DNA of 58,469 bases, filler included, from Bigelowiella natans CCMP2755 (GCA_000320545.1; 5 parts of 5 records of this genome joined end to end with filler, not necessarily neighbours in it), one strand, 5' to 3'; shown: positions 24,197 through 38,519, numbered from the whole stretch's first letter. The notes: generated by a model from the letters alone, not told the origin. Translations and numbers: made by a program.

Positions 24197-24788
24197 CAGG
24201 CAGTATGGGCTAAAAATCAGCACAGATTTGCCTCTCCTTCATGTTTATGAGTAGTACATGTATAGAATCGAATTCAGATGTTTACTTCCATTTATTTTTC
24301 AATACTATCCTAACGATTTATCCTCGCTTCGTGCTATAATGCGCAGTATCGTAGCTGGCAATTTTACATGCTATCCGTAGCACAAACAACATTGTGTATC
24401 GTAGTAGCAGGATCGCTAGTGCTGCGCAATTTGTGCGGATTGGCACCTATTGACTTTGCGCTTTAATGAGTGCCTACTCACACACATGCAACGTCATGTT
24501 ACAGGCGGTAGCAGCTTGCAATGCTGCGGCAATAAGCAATCGCTTTCTATGTAACTTTATACACATGAGACGGATGTAATGAATAAATTAATTAAATTAC
24601 ATTCTATCGACTAAACATATACTTCACATGCCTGTGCTCACTCATGCAACACATTCTTCACAAACACGTCTCAACATAGGTGTGTGTGTGTATGTGAAGC
24701 ATGTGTGTTGTTATCTAGCCATGTGGGATCAAACGCACGTTCTGTATTACGCTGTAGAATGATTTCCACGACTCGACATCTCGCTGCG

Positions 24789-25585
24789 TCAACGATGCGC
24801 ATTCTCGCCCTGCAGCGATGGTAGTCGGAAAGACCAAAGTTTATCGTCTCGGCAACCAATTAGCAATTTAGTTCCCATCATAATTGGGGATGAGAACACT
24901 TCTCCCTTCATCTTCCAGCGCACCTCTTCCTGTGTAACGATGATCGACGAGCTCTCCTGAGCGTCATTGTTCCTACTGATATCAACATCTACTTCCCTTT
25001 TTTTTCTTGTGAGCGCGATAATACTCACTCTTCCGTCACGACTGCAATATGCTACTCGCACACGCTGATCTCGCTGAATATATGCGGAAGCGTTAGCATA
25101 TGTGACGGCTCCTTGCCATTTTAAACTTAGTGACCTTCTTCATGTTGTCGCTCGTAACCAACGCATCTAGCACAGGCGCAGCAGCGATAGCAGAATAGTG
25201 GTCGTCACTTAAATCCCGCCGCTCCAGGAGAAGATTTCCTATGATGAGCGTGAGATACCGTGAAGGGAGGGATAGGGGACCGAAGGACGAGAGGGTGAGG
25301 GGTGGGTGAGTGAAATCGTCTAATCTAAATTGGCATCCAAAACTGCACGATTAGCAAATACACCGTTATCGACATTCAAAGCTCTCAGCACGCCGTCGTG
25401 GCACCCAAAGAGAACGCAATTAAACGAACGCAGATAGGCGGGGGGGGAGAATATTGGCTTCCGAGACTCTACAGCGAAGCTCCATAGCTGCGGAGAGATC
25501 AGTTATGGGAGAAGTGTTTGCGGGCAGGGTATGAGGATTAGGGAGTGGAAATTATGTGAATTTGTTGAAGATAATGATGACAATA

Positions 25586-25621
<36 letters not shown>

Positions 25622-26917
25622 GAAGAGGAGGAGGATGGTGTCAACGATAGACGAAGATTATGATGATGATGCCGCTAACTACGACTACGAAGACAACGAT
25701 GATATTGATGATATTGATGATGGTGATGATGATGATGATGGTAATGATGACACAAATCATAGCTCTTGTGGACTCACACATATCCTCACCACCACCACTA
25801 CTACTGCTGCTGCTGCTACTACTTCTACTGCTAGTAGCAGTACCGTCGCTCCAGTATCGAAGTCCAGGGAGAACACATAGCCATTCACACATGCAACAAT
25901 TACCTGACGAGAGTTATGTTGATCTGTGTGATGATGAGAATGAGAGTGAAGAGGAGGGGAGGGAGGGAGGGAGGGAGGGAGGAGGAGGGACTGCGGAAAA
26001 ACGGGATAACGACAGGGTAAGTGACCATAACGATGATTACGATAATATCGATCGTAATCATGATGAGAAGGGGGATGAGGGTAAAGCTATGCGGGCGTGT
26101 GTAGCATCTGAATCTAGTTTCACCGCGTGTTTAGAAGAGCAGGAAGAGGTGGAGGAGGAGGAGCTGTTCCTTCTCATACCCACGATGCACGGCGTAGCAA
26201 ATATGGGCGCTCCTGCGCGCAAAATCAAATGTCGTCATATAAATGTTGTTCGCTGAGACCGAGACATGATGGCAACGAGAGAACAACCGACCCGTGTTGA
26301 TGCTCCAAATGGTAATGTAGGTTTCAGAATCTATACGCCTCACGTTGCCCTGTATACATACATAAAACACACACACGCACACAATCGGACAAAATTGTTT
26401 GTGTGCTTGTATCATAAAAAAGATTGTGTAACATTGGCAGTAATAGTAGTGCTACTGGCAGTAGTAGTAGTAGTGCTAGTGGTAGTTGTTGTTGTAGCAG
26501 CAGTAGTAGTAGTAGGAGTAGTAGTAGGAAAGCTGTCCGAGGGCTGATTTACCTTGAGGTCGGCTGCGATGGCACTCATCATCATGCTGCTTCCTATTCT
26601 GCCGTCAGCTGCATTGCCGCCGTCTTCAACATCCCCACTATCATCGTTAGAGTGTGCACGTTTCTGACGATGATGATGATGCAGGGCTACAGATGCAAAG
26701 ATCGGCCCATCGAATGGCAGCTTCCGCACCGCTGTTGCATCATTGGGGCCAGGCTGAGAACAGTCCACCACGTACAGATACCGGTCGTAGCATCTGATGG
26801 GAAAGAAAAAGAGAGGGGGCAAGCTCAATATTCTGAAAGCTTGGAGGCATTGTTTGGTGACGCTGCCAATTGTGCACTGCATCCAGTGACATAAAGGCTG
26901 AATGTTGTGTGTGCATA

Positions 26918-26990
<73 letters not shown>

Positions 26991-27793
26991 TGCGTGTATG
27001 TGTGCATGTGTGTCGTTTTACACCCGTCGCCGTCGGTCCCCCCCCCCCCCCCTCCCCCCCCTCCCTTCCCCTTTCATTATGTCGCAGAGTATACTGGTCC
27101 TCACACAACGCAGACAAGGACAATTGGAATGGCGAGGTGAATCATCACATCCTAGCGCAGCTTACCCAATCCACGCGTACCCCGTGCTCGGATCTACCGT
27201 GGGAGACGCTTTGAAGTGGTCGCCTCCGCGCAGCGTCCAAGCTATCCTGCACACCGCCACATGCATGTTTCATCATAGAGTGCTCACAGTCATTCTTCAA
27301 AGGAATAGTGGTGGCATTTCGTGGACATTTGAGGAATCGATTCCAAAACAAGAACCACCGTTTCTCCAATATGTGAATGCCGTACAGCTTGTTATCGTCA
27401 CACCCAACGACGACCTGCAAGATGTAACTATGCTCACCCAAGTTTAACGCGGGGGCGGGGCATGGTTGTCAGCGGAAGGGGAAGGGAAAGTAAACATAGA
27501 TATGCAAAAAGCGTCGCTTTCAAACAGTATAGTGTCTTGCAATGCCACGCCGACGCTCATCCTACAACGGCGCTAACACCGCGCGACATGATCCCATAAC
27601 CCCTTGGTCAAACGTTTTTCGAAAACGAGATTAACATAAAATGACCGAGTAACATTTTCTTGGCGACCAGGTCGCCCCACCCCATCCTTTACTACTACCA
27701 TGCATCCGTCCTTTGAGACTGCCGCGGTAGATTCCACGCGCCCCCCAAGTGTAAAGGACGAAATTACGCTGCCTGAGAAAAGCAAATTGTATA

Positions 27794-27861
<68 letters not shown>

Positions 27862-28124
27862 TATTGCTGCTGCCTGGAGCGAAACTCTATAGGATTCTCT
27901 ACATTCGTTGCGACATTTCAATATAACGGAGGAAACGGCACTTCACCCTGACGCGCGTCGATAATTTTGAGTTGCCCAGAATGAGAGCCGATCACACACA
28001 AGGATACCTCCAATCCCCTTCCCTGTTACAGCCGCAAACCAGAGATAGAATCGAGAAAGGGGAGAGGGTGAATGAGAGACTCGATTAATCTAAATCGGGC
28101 GAGATCAAACCACCAAGAGGTTGT

Positions 28125-28166
<42 letters not shown>

Positions 28167-28454
28167 TGGCAGCTGCACAATCATGCGAGTGGACTGGCGT
28201 CGATGCAAGCACCTAATCACAACAATTCAGACGATGTAGGAAGGGGGTATGGGGGGGGGGGGGGGGGGATGAAATTTGCCACCAAAGAGGGGGGGGGCGA
28301 AAATGGCGAATGGGGGGGAGGGGTGGCCATTATGTTTATTTTTTTTGCAAGATGGTCAACCTACTTTGATGATGATGATGAAGATATGATGATGATATTA
28401 GGCAGATGGCAAACCCAAATCGACCGACCCCTTCCACTGGAGGAAACGTTTTTT
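24789..28454 (-). CDS. AASDH: AASDH/ACSF4-like C-terminal PQQ-type beta-propeller (5' part lost at gap; one exon has an in-frame TGA)
   Basis: Exons LQWKGSVDLG|ACIDASPL, VIGSHSG, LGGRVESTAAVS, VVGCDD, FKASPTVDPSTGYAWIG, GPIFAS, KPIFSPP...FGCHDG and GEVFSSP...IGCRDDKLW are colinear with the human AASDH C-terminus as recalled. Confidence 0.82.
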
Positions 28455-28602
28455 CTGAATATAAGAATGCTGCCACTATTGGGGCCTCCTCCTCCTTCTC
28501 CTAATACTTTTACTACTGGTATTAATGGTGGGATGCTCCAAATCCGGGGGGCCCCCCCTCCTCTCTTATGGATCAAGCCTTTTTCCCCTCCTCCTTCTCC
28601 CC

Positions 28603-28702
28603 NNNNNNNNNNNNNNNNNNNNNNNNNNNNNNNNNNNNNNNNNNNNTTAATTAATTAANNNNNNNNNNNNNNNNNNNNNNNNNNNNNNNNNNNNNNNNNN
28701 NN
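28603..28702. other. Assembly gap with artificial linker (44 N + TTAATTAATTAA + 44 N)
   Basis: Identical 100-nt structure at all four gaps; the linker gives stops in all six frames. Confidence 0.97.
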
Positions 28703-28800
28703 CCTTCAACTTTTTATCGAGAGATTTGATGTGCTAAGAGGAGGAGAAGAAGAAGAAGAAGAAGAAGAAGAACGAGATAATGATGTGAGATGTGCTACGT

Positions 28801-29028
28801 CTAGTTATCTCTCGGCCCCCGCATCGCAACTCGCTTTGTTCAATGATTATTCTCTTTGCCATTGCCCCCTCCCCCGCCCTCTCTCTTTCCACCACACATG
28901 TACGCTACTACTTCATCTTTTTGCGACAGTTCCAAGGTCATAGAGAATAGCTTCTTCTGGAACTCTGCCGATTTCTTCTTCTCCCTCTCCAACAGCTCAT
29001 TCTGTGTGAGATACACATGACAACAATA

Positions 29029-29075
<47 letters not shown>

Positions 29076-29330
29076 CGCCATCATCATTATCATCATCACC
29101 GTGATCATCACCATCGTCATCATTATCATCATCATCACTATCATCCCAACCGTTTGTTGCGCCAATCGTTTCTTCTGAAGTGCCTCCCGCAGCACCTTGC
29201 TCTGCTCAAGCTAAGGGATGATGATGATGATGATGATTTACGTGAAAACAAGGAATCATCGTTCTTAGCTCATCATGATCGCACGATTCGTCGTTACGAG
29301 AGGAGTGCGACTACGATTATCACCACCACG

Positions 29331-29363
<33 letters not shown>

Positions 29364-29489
29364 CTACTACTACTACTACTATCACTGCTTTTCTGCCTTC
29401 TGCACACGCAACAACAAAGCTAAGAAAAGAACAGAAAAAGAAAGGAAAAGCAGCCAGTTTGAGTCTTCCTCCTCCTCCTCCTCCTCCTC

Positions 29490-29526
<37 letters not shown>

Positions 29527-29631
29527 AGCAATTGTTGTTTTGACCAAGCACCTTCTTCATCCTCGCTTGTCTAGAATCAGACTGCTTTTGCTTCTCAAAT
29601 TCTCCCAGCAGCTTGCGGTGAGACTCGATCT

Positions 29632-29676
<45 letters not shown>

Positions 29677-29913
29677 ACAAAAGGAACGACAAATGTGCTT
29701 CTTCGGCAGCAGGAGCAGCAGCAGCACTCACAAATCATCATCATCATCATCATTATCATCTTTTATTACTACTTGTCAAATTTCCATCATGAGAGGCAAG
29801 TAAAGCACTACTATTACCTCCTCCATGAGCCTTTGGTTGTTGCTTTGCTCCAACTCGAGACTGTGGTGGTGGTGGTGGTGGTGGTGGTGAGATGTTGTTG
29901 ATTATGATGATGA

Positions 29914-29944
<31 letters not shown>

Positions 29945-30187
29945 AAGAGGAGGAGGAGGAAGAAGAAGAATAAGAGCGAATATCAACAGGATATTCTACT
30001 GACGCGTTTGCCTCGACGGCAGCTATTCATTGATTCATGCAAATACAGCCACCTCTCGATGGTGTTGTGATGGTCCTTATTCTGCTCCAGGTTCTGCTCA
30101 GTCAAGTCGTCCACCCTCTCCAGTAACTAACAATGGTGTAGATGGTGATGATTAACAACGAAGATCATGCAGTGATGGTTGTGGTCG

Positions 30188-30219
<32 letters not shown>

Positions 30220-30670
30220 GTGATGGTGATAGTGAGGCTGCCGACCTTGTCCTTGATAGCCTTTGCGTGTTCCAGTCTTTATTGTTTCATCAGTCGTCGT
30301 CCCCAAATCAAGCAATCAAAGAACAACGCACAATATCATTATGACATCGATTGTCTCGTTTAACTGCCCTCTCCCCGCCCCCACCCCCCCCCTTTCTCTT
30401 CCGTTTCCTTTTGTTGTTGTGTGGTCTTTGATGGTTGTCCTACTGTTCTGTGAGAGCTTCAATGTCGTCCTTCTTTTCTTCAAGTTCTCCCTGACACGTA
30501 TGCATGCAGCACAGTAGAAGAGATCCGATCGGCACAACGAAATGTGTTGGCACCGACGACAAGAAGAAGAACAAGAAGAAGAAGAGAAAGAAGAGGAGCA
30601 GAGGAGCGGGAAATGAATGCTGCCAAGTTCAACAGACATGATTGAAAATTTACATAAAACAGCACACACA

Positions 30671-30719
<49 letters not shown>

Positions 30720-31735
30720 GAGACTAAACATGTTGCGTTAATAGCTATGATTGCAACTCTATGGCTGCTATTGAACAAAGAATAAGGGATGGGGAGAGAG
30801 AGGAAATGGCCCCCGTTATTACGGTGAGATTTGCTAATTGATCATTGAGGCGCTCATTCTCGACTTCAAGCTTCCGACCCTGGTTATCGATTGTGAATGA
30901 TGGGGGGAGGGGAGGGAGAGAGAGAGAAAGAGAGGAAGCAAGAAAGACAACGCAATGCAGTTCATACGAGGATCTGACTATGCTATTAATGTGCCTTAAT
31001 CCTATATTGAATTATCGGTTTTGAATGACTTTTATGTGCCCTCCCCCTCCTCCTTATCATCATCATCATCATCATCATCAATCCACAATCTACAATCTAC
31101 AAGCGGTAGAACTTACCAGTCTTCCAAGCATCTTATACTTCCTGGAGAATCATTTACGACAACGACAACAACAACAACATCAGCAAGTGAATGAGTAAAT
31201 GACGCTGGGAAGAAGCATCTGGCATTTGCTCATGAGGCAGTGGCAGCAGCAGAAGGGGGGTAGGACTGCTGATGGGAATAATATGCGCGCCAAAGTACCT
31301 GTTAATAGTCTGGAGATGATCCAACGTCGTGTCGTATTTTGTTTGTAAGAGAGCGTACTGATGACATCATAATAATGACAACGGCAAGAACAACGATAAT
31401 ATTCACGACGACGAGGAGGAGGAGGAGGAGGACAACGAGGAAGAAGAACCAAACGTGAGTGGTGAGAAGAAACCACACACCGCACACACGCACACATGCA
31501 GCAAATATAACTATCAATGTGTGTAAGTGTGTGTGTGCGTGTGTTAGTGTTTTGTGATTATAAGCAGACAAGATAAGACCTACTGAGAGAAATATGGTTT
31601 CTTGCAGGATACTATACATGCGTGTGTTGGGAGATGACAACAATGATGATAACAATAATAACATAATACAGAAGGAGAGACACACCTCGTCAGCCTCAAC
31701 CACCTGTTGGTTTTTCCCTACGAATGATAACAGAC

Positions 31736-31771
<36 letters not shown>

Positions 31772-31788
31772 GATACGCACAACCACAA

Positions 31789-31847
<59 letters not shown>

Positions 31848-32115
31848 ACAAATTGTATTGACCCTCGTGCCGCTTTGCTTCTTCCCTTTCTTTTCGATGA
31901 TACTGCTGCTGCTGCTGTCTGGGTACAATGCTTTGTTGTTGTTGTTGTTGCTGCTGCTGCTGTTTCCTATCACCGAGAGCCGCAGCGGTAGAGCTTGCTC
32001 GCATGCCTCGCCTTCCTCCACTATTTTCACCAACATCTAATAACGTTCTTGGCGTTGTATCGTCGTATTCGCTGTCAAGCTCAGCAACCTGATCGGAGGG
32101 TGGTGGGAATGCATT

Positions 32116-32153
<38 letters not shown>

Positions 32154-33065
32154 TAAGTGTGTGTGTATGTGTGTGCGTGTGTAAGTTGCAGAAGTAGAAG
32201 AAGAAGGAGAAGAAGAAGACGAAGAATGTAAAAGCTGAAGATGAAAAAAGAAGAAAATGAAAAATGAGCTCTTAAGATAGCAGATGAGACGATGATGATC
32301 ATGGATGATGGTGATGGTGATTAATTGGAGATATGGAGCTTGGTGCTACCCCCCTCCCTATATTGCTACCACCTCATCGCTACTACTACAACTACTACTA
32401 CTACAGGCACTATCATCATTCGTCTATATCACTGGAGGAAGGAGAAGCTTTTTAGGGTGTATTGGGCTAAGAGGGAATGGAGACGAAGACTGGTGCTGCG
32501 AAAGTGAATGGGCGCTGCTGCAGCTTCTGATCACACACGGTGGTGTGCACGGCGACAACGGTGGCGATGGGGATGCTGACGGCAATGAAGATGCCAGTGA
32601 TGACGGCGAGAGGGCCGTTGATGGCGGTTTTGGGGAGGAGACCGGAGAGAGAAAGGAGGGCGCTGCTGGAGACGACGGAAACGCCATCATCGCCATCAAC
32701 GGTGATGTTGATGTTGTTGTTATTGTTGTTGTTGTAGTTGTTGTTGTTGCAGGAGCAAATAAAGGGTTTGGTGATCGGAGCTTGGATGGCTTACGTGACA
32801 AGGAGGAAGAGGAGGAGGATAACGGCGACGATGATGATAATGATAATGATGATGGTGGAGGGTGGATGAATATCGCCTTTGGAATAGCCTTTTCCTTTGC
32901 ACAAGTGGCAGCAGAAGGCTTTGGTAACAAGTTCTCCTTGTTGCGGCCCCTCTTCGCCGCTGTCGCTGGTGTCGTGGTGAAGCCCTGCGTCATGGGGATC
33001 GGAGAGTGAATGGAAGATATTTTTGAAGGGGAGGAGACTGAAGTGGAGAGGCTGGTGGGCATTGT

Positions 33066-33108
<43 letters not shown>

Positions 33109-33137
33109 ACAGGAGGCTGCTGTGCTAGAGTTGAGCT
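28801..33137 (-). CDS. Hypothetical protein: Ser/Pro-rich region followed by long coiled coil (many small exons; further 5' exons probable to about 34000)
   Basis: Phase-compatible exons such as YALLQTKYDTTLDHL, GRKLEVENERLNDQLANLT|GELEEKKDDIEALTEQ|LEHAKAIKDK|LLERVDDLTEQN, IESHRKLLGEFEKQK and NELLEREKKKSAEFQKKL, plus a large S/P-rich exon at about 32420-33137. Some junctions are unresolved. Confidence 0.6.
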
Positions 33138-33208
33138 CTACAAAGTAATTCGTCGTGAATCATCATTCAATAATAAATCCAATTATAAATATAACGGGCC
33201 CCGCGGGT

Positions 33209-33247
<39 letters not shown>

Positions 33248-33779
33248 AGAAGAAGGATAAACAAAAACCATGTCCCGCACGTATCCCCACCCACAGCAAT
33301 GAGAAGCCAAAAGCAACGACGATAATCATCATGATGATGGTGAGGATATTAGATTCACAAAGAATTGGTTTCCAAGGCGACCAAAGCAGTTAAAATGTTG
33401 TCCATTTTCATCATCATCATCATCGTTATCGATGACAAGAATCATCATAGAGGTAAAAGGAATAGTAGTAGTAGTAGTAGTAGCAGCAGTAGTAGTAGTG
33501 TCAATGAATAAAATCACGGCAAAATATACCACCCCAACCAGCACCAAGATTCGACCATAATTCCAATGCGGTGGTGGGGTGGATGCAACGAGTGAGAGGC
33601 TCGCAAAAGGCACATCATCATCACGATGGCTCCGTGTACAGGAGGACAAATGTGAAGGGCTTTTTAGATAGGAAGGATGCTCGATATATCGATTGTAGGA
33701 ATTTAAACAAATATACGAGGAGGCGGTGTATGCTTGTGTATGTGTATGTGTTTGTGTTTGTGTGTGTGTTAGTGTGTGT

Positions 33780-33820
<41 letters not shown>

Positions 33821-34141
33821 TCCGCCCTTTCGTATGTACCCGTTCGGAATGTTCATGCCGGGCCGTGATCGTTCCAAACACGTTTTCCCTGACGAGCATA
33901 GGAGGGGGGGGGGGGAGAAAAGCGGTTGTGAGACTGGAAGCCTTCAATCGTACACAATCCAGGCACTACTACTTCTCTCACGACGACAGCGCGGGGCATG
34001 AGTGAATGATTATATGGAAAAATACTATAACCCAGGTAATTCTCCTACTGCTGCTGCTGCTTTACCCCCTTCCCCCCCCCTCCTCCTCCTCCTCCTACTA
34101 CTACTGTTCATACTGGTTATCGGCATCAAGTAAGAGGGCCA

Positions 34142-34241
34142 NNNNNNNNNNNNNNNNNNNNNNNNNNNNNNNNNNNNNNNNNNNNTTAATTAATTAANNN
34201 NNNNNNNNNNNNNNNNNNNNNNNNNNNNNNNNNNNNNNNNN
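34142..34241. other. Assembly gap with TTAATTAATTAA linker
   Basis: Same 100-nt padded structure. Confidence 0.97.
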
Positions 34242-34425
34242 GGGGGGGGTGAAGGGTGAGGAGAGCAACCACTGTCGGTGTAGCCATCTGACTGAGCATT
34301 CTTGGAATCGCAGCCATAACAAAGGATCTGCGAGGTTCTCAGCCTGTGTATGAGGAGTAGAAAGAACGGTGGTGGGAAGAAGAGAAGTAGTATTTGGGTA
34401 TGCTGCTTGTGCGCACACGGAGTGT

Positions 34426-34469
<44 letters not shown>

Positions 34470-35274
34470 CGCGCAAAGCTTCGGTTATTATTGACGAATA
34501 TCTTTCTCTCGAATTTCGTAATAATCTTGCCAAAATTACGAATCTTTCAGCGAGGTCACTATTATAATATCCGCATATTTGGCCGACGATCCCATACCCG
34601 TTTCGCATCTTTGCTCTCGGTTGTTGTGGGCGTCGATGCCCCCCCCCCTCGAGGGTGCTGAATAGGGTTGGTGCCTCTGGCTGGGGGGGGCGGTGCGCGC
34701 TTCGATCGTGATTTGCTTCCGACCTGGTGATGTTGACGGAATACCTCTCAGTCAGGTTGTGTCGTATGATATAAACATATGTATATACATTAATACAAGC
34801 AGAGTCAATGACATCATCCATCTATCAACGTCATCATCTCCTTACCGTGAGCTGCGCATGCACCCACACGTAGAACAACGTGCTGATGACCTGCGATTAC
34901 GATCACGACGACGACGACGAGGAGGAGAAGGAGGAGGAGGAGGAGGAGGAGCGGGAGGATAAGAGACTTAGGCAATCAGCTACAATGGCGTAAAGACTAG
35001 CGTATCATTCATGATCGTAAATGAGTACGAAGATCTTGTGAAACGCCTCCGGGAAGAACTCCATAAAAGATAAGATGTGCCATAAATCATGCATAAATGC
35101 ATTGTAACAACACGTGAGCACACAATATCAGCAGCAGGATGGTGAGAAATCGTTGGTCTTCTTCGCACATTTCTGACCTCTTTCTGGATTACATTTCCAA
35201 GGGAGTTCCCCGAGTGCTCCAGCACACGATCTCCTATCCCAAGGAGCGTCCGCAGCATCGAATTCCAAACCTGC

Positions 35275-35319
<45 letters not shown>

Positions 35320-36170
35320 TGTGTGTGTGTGTGTGTGTGCGTGCGTTCATATCATATTGTGCCTGCAACGTGTATTTGAATTCATTACTATTACTGCTAT
35401 GTATATAATGAATAGACCTCTCCCCTCAGCCGTGTGAAGCGTTGGCTCGCGACATCGCTGAAGATCTTCAGGGCGCGGCGCCGCACACTGTATGACTTTT
35501 GGATTTCCTTCGTTTCCTTCTCGGAAGTCTAAGGTGGTGTTCCGATGATTTTCAGAAGGAGCATCAATCAGCATCAATCAGCACCGATAAAGAGCTATGA
35601 GGGAAGGGAAGGAAGAAAAAAACCCTGAAGCATGTTTACGTGTGAATAGTCCTCCAAATCTAGAAGATGTTATGTTTTCACGGAAATCGCTAGAGCAGGC
35701 TAAACGTATTCCTCTAGGTTCTCACAATCACAATACCCAAAGTGACGTCTTCCCCCCCCCTCCCCGCTCTGCTTACAAATTACCTTTCCCGGTTTAACGT
35801 ATTCCTCCCGGAAGAGTAATGCGATTTGCGAGAATATCTCATTGTAGTAATACGTCTCATTGCGGTGTATAGGCGCTGGTTTGCGCTCATCCAGCAGCCA
35901 CGAAGCATAGACATTTAAGGCCGAGCTTACGACGTCAATATTGGAGAATAGCGGCAAGTTGAAGGAAGCTCCCAAGAACTCCATCATAAACCGCACTTGC
36001 AGGTCTGTCTGCAGGCTCTCCGCAAGTGCGGGCACGTCGGTGTCAAGGTGCTCCACCATTTCTTGGATTATGATTTGCCTCCGCTTCAGCGGAAGCAGGC
36101 CCAAGACGGATGCATTCTTGGACGCGGGGGCGAGATCCTCGCTGCTGATGCCTTCCTTCATCGGTAGCAT
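34242..36170 (-). CDS. RALGAPB: Ral GTPase-activating protein beta subunit-like, N-terminal part (truncated by gap)
   Basis: SVLGLLP...LQTDLQVRFMMEFLGASFNLPL...VYASWL...YYNEIFSQIALLF, VWNSMLRTLLGIGDRVL, VISTLFYVW and DPLLW...WLHR parallel the recalled RALGAPB motifs TSVLHSYP...[22 protein letters not shown]...VYTDW, TWEVLL, LIGVLFEVW and WRHHP. Confidence 0.75.
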
Positions 36171-37669
36171 GCTTCTTTGCGGACCTACGCCGTCGTCGCA
36201 GTTGTTATATCTCGCTTGTATTGGTTATCAATTGATGATAGAAGACAGGCTTGGCTGGAACCCTGGACACGTGAAGGATGATGCCCGCCGCCGACGGCGC
36301 ACGAATCGCCCTCCCTTCAAAGATATCGTGTATTAGGCCATGAGGGGGGGAGGATTAAGGCATGTGATGTGTCCTGAGTAGCTTCACTACTCCACCCGCT
36401 CCCCCCCACTCAAAATATCGTATTTCACGCAAAATTTTGAGCGCTGATTGTGAAAAAGGCCGCTTTTGAGGCCGGTGCGATGTAAGTGAGTGCTGCTGGT
36501 TAGATTCTTCAAGGGAAATATCATAAGCATTGAAAATTACATAGGTCGGAGCACACATTGTTTGGAAGACTGCGCAAGGAAATGAAACACAAGGAAAGAG
36601 CCAAGAGGAATTTTCCTTTGGCTTCGTGTCTTACCTGGTGTGTCCAACACGCGGAAAAAGGAGGTTCAGCGATAGGGGGCGGAATGAACGAATTTAAAGA
36701 CGTCGAGTATTCTCAGATTAGCAAATTCTTTTATTCAAATAGATTCATCGTTAAAATACAGTAGATCTCAGATAAGCGACAGGGATAAAATCAGTTTATA
36801 GCGAAAATTATCCCAATTAGTGCCTCCAAAAAGCTTCGAACCCTAGTGCTTACTCCTGACAAAGATGGTAAAATTAAATCCTGTTAAACTTTAGTAATTT
36901 ACCGCATAAATATTTGCCGTAAATACCAATAATTTCTACTTCAAGAGCTCCCACCAAAGTGCAAGGGGGTTTTTATTGGGCACAATCTTCAGCCGAATAC
37001 ATCTAGAAGCTAAATTCTATAGATACGACTGCGCCCATAGGCTATTCTTACGTCGAATTGTTCTGCTTTTCTGGGATTTTTATGTTTCAGTAAAGCAGAG
37101 TAATTTATATCCTACGACATCGCATAACAGGAAATAATGACTTATTACCAAAATGGCCTTTATATCTCTGATATTCCTGGTATTCTCCCTTGTCGTAAGG
37201 CTAGAACAGGGGGGTATACCTGTGGGAGATGGGGTATTTGGCTCTGTGCATCTACAGGCCTGTACGGGAATGTGAAGGTACGGTACCTCAACACCCTTAT
37301 CACACGGCCGAAGAAATTCGCCAACGGCCCCATCTTGCCCATTATCATAGATCCGGCGCACAGTAATGCCTAAAACGGCATCGGCTCAGAGGCTCCTCTC
37401 AGCACTTCCTTCTCTGTGCGATTTCTCCTGGCTTCCGAATGCGGTATGAGACCAGACAACGTATGGCTCTGGTCACAGCTTCTTGTGCTTCCATACCAAC
37501 CTGAGGTCCCTCAAGAGCAACACCACAGGACTTCCAGAGTGCGAACTAGCAGCAGCAGCAGCAGCAGCCGCAGAAGTCACGCGCAGCAAAGAAGTCCTGC
37601 GAGTAGTGCCCGACATCGACGGCGGATTCTCTCCTTGCCCGCTCCTCCTCCACACCTCCCTGAAGTAAC

Positions 37670-38062
37670 ATGGCCGGCGACTCGCTTTCCGAATGTGCGT
37701 CGAAGAAGATGCCACGGCACAACAAGAGTTCTTCGCTCGCCTCAACTGCCCCACCACCCCCGTGCAATCCAGCCACCCCTGATGTTTCTTCGCGACTTCG
37801 GCGTCATGCTCGAAGTGGTTTTGAGGACGCAGGGGAACACGATGATGAAGAGGGGGTACGCTTGGAGAGAAGAAGCAGCCATGATACGAGCAGTTCTACG
37901 ACATCTTCCATGGACGTTTCGGTCTCAGCTCTCACACCGTCTATCACCAGCGAAGAAGAAGTTGAAGAGACCGAGAAAGGAGGACGTACAACGATAGATC
38001 ATTTCCGAACAGGAGGCGTCCCTGGGATCATATTTGATATCGATGGAGTTTTTAAAAAGAGG
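37670..38062 (+). CDS. HAD class IIA (HDHD5/CECR5-like) hydrolase, N-terminal fragment ending at gap; plausible upstream exons from about 36478
   Basis: PGIIFDIDGVFKKR (HAD motif I, DxDG) followed by a GT donor. Upstream spliceable exons (MSEHTLFGRLRK..., IIPISASKKLRTLV..., GLYISDIPG|LYGNVK|...) may belong to this or a separate gene. Confidence 0.6.
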
Positions 38063-38068
38063 GTACTC

Positions 38069-38109
<41 letters not shown>

Positions 38110-38209
38110 NNNNNNNNNNNNNNNNNNNNNNNNNNNNNNNNNNNNNNNNNNNNTTAATTAATTAANNNNNNNNNNNNNNNNNNNNNNNNNNNNNNNNNNN
38201 NNNNNNNNN
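38110..38209. other. Assembly gap with TTAATTAATTAA linker
   Basis: Same 100-nt padded structure. Confidence 0.97.
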
Positions 38210-38260
<51 letters not shown>

Positions 38261-38273
38261 TTTCCTGGCCTGC

Positions 38274-38447
38274 AACCAATACCTTTGCCGGGAGGATACC
38301 CCCCTCCCTTCGCTTCTCCGCCCTGGAAGGAGGAGGAAGGGGCATGGTAGTCCGGAGCAAGTGCGACAACGGCCTAAGATTATTCATAAAAATACAAACA
38401 TTATGTAACAATGCTGTACAGACACACACACACACACACACACACAC

Positions 38448-38519
<72 letters not shown>

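Noticed and set aside
28647-28658. TTAATTAATTAA palindrome repeated four times in the window
   Set aside because: It is always centred in 88 Ns with identical geometry, so it is an assembly linker rather than biology.
34980-35080. Second apparent in-frame TGA (FFPEAFHKIFVLIYDHE*YASL)
   Set aside because: RALGAPB splices phase 0 to phase 0 across this region (IQKE|VISTLF), so it is intronic.
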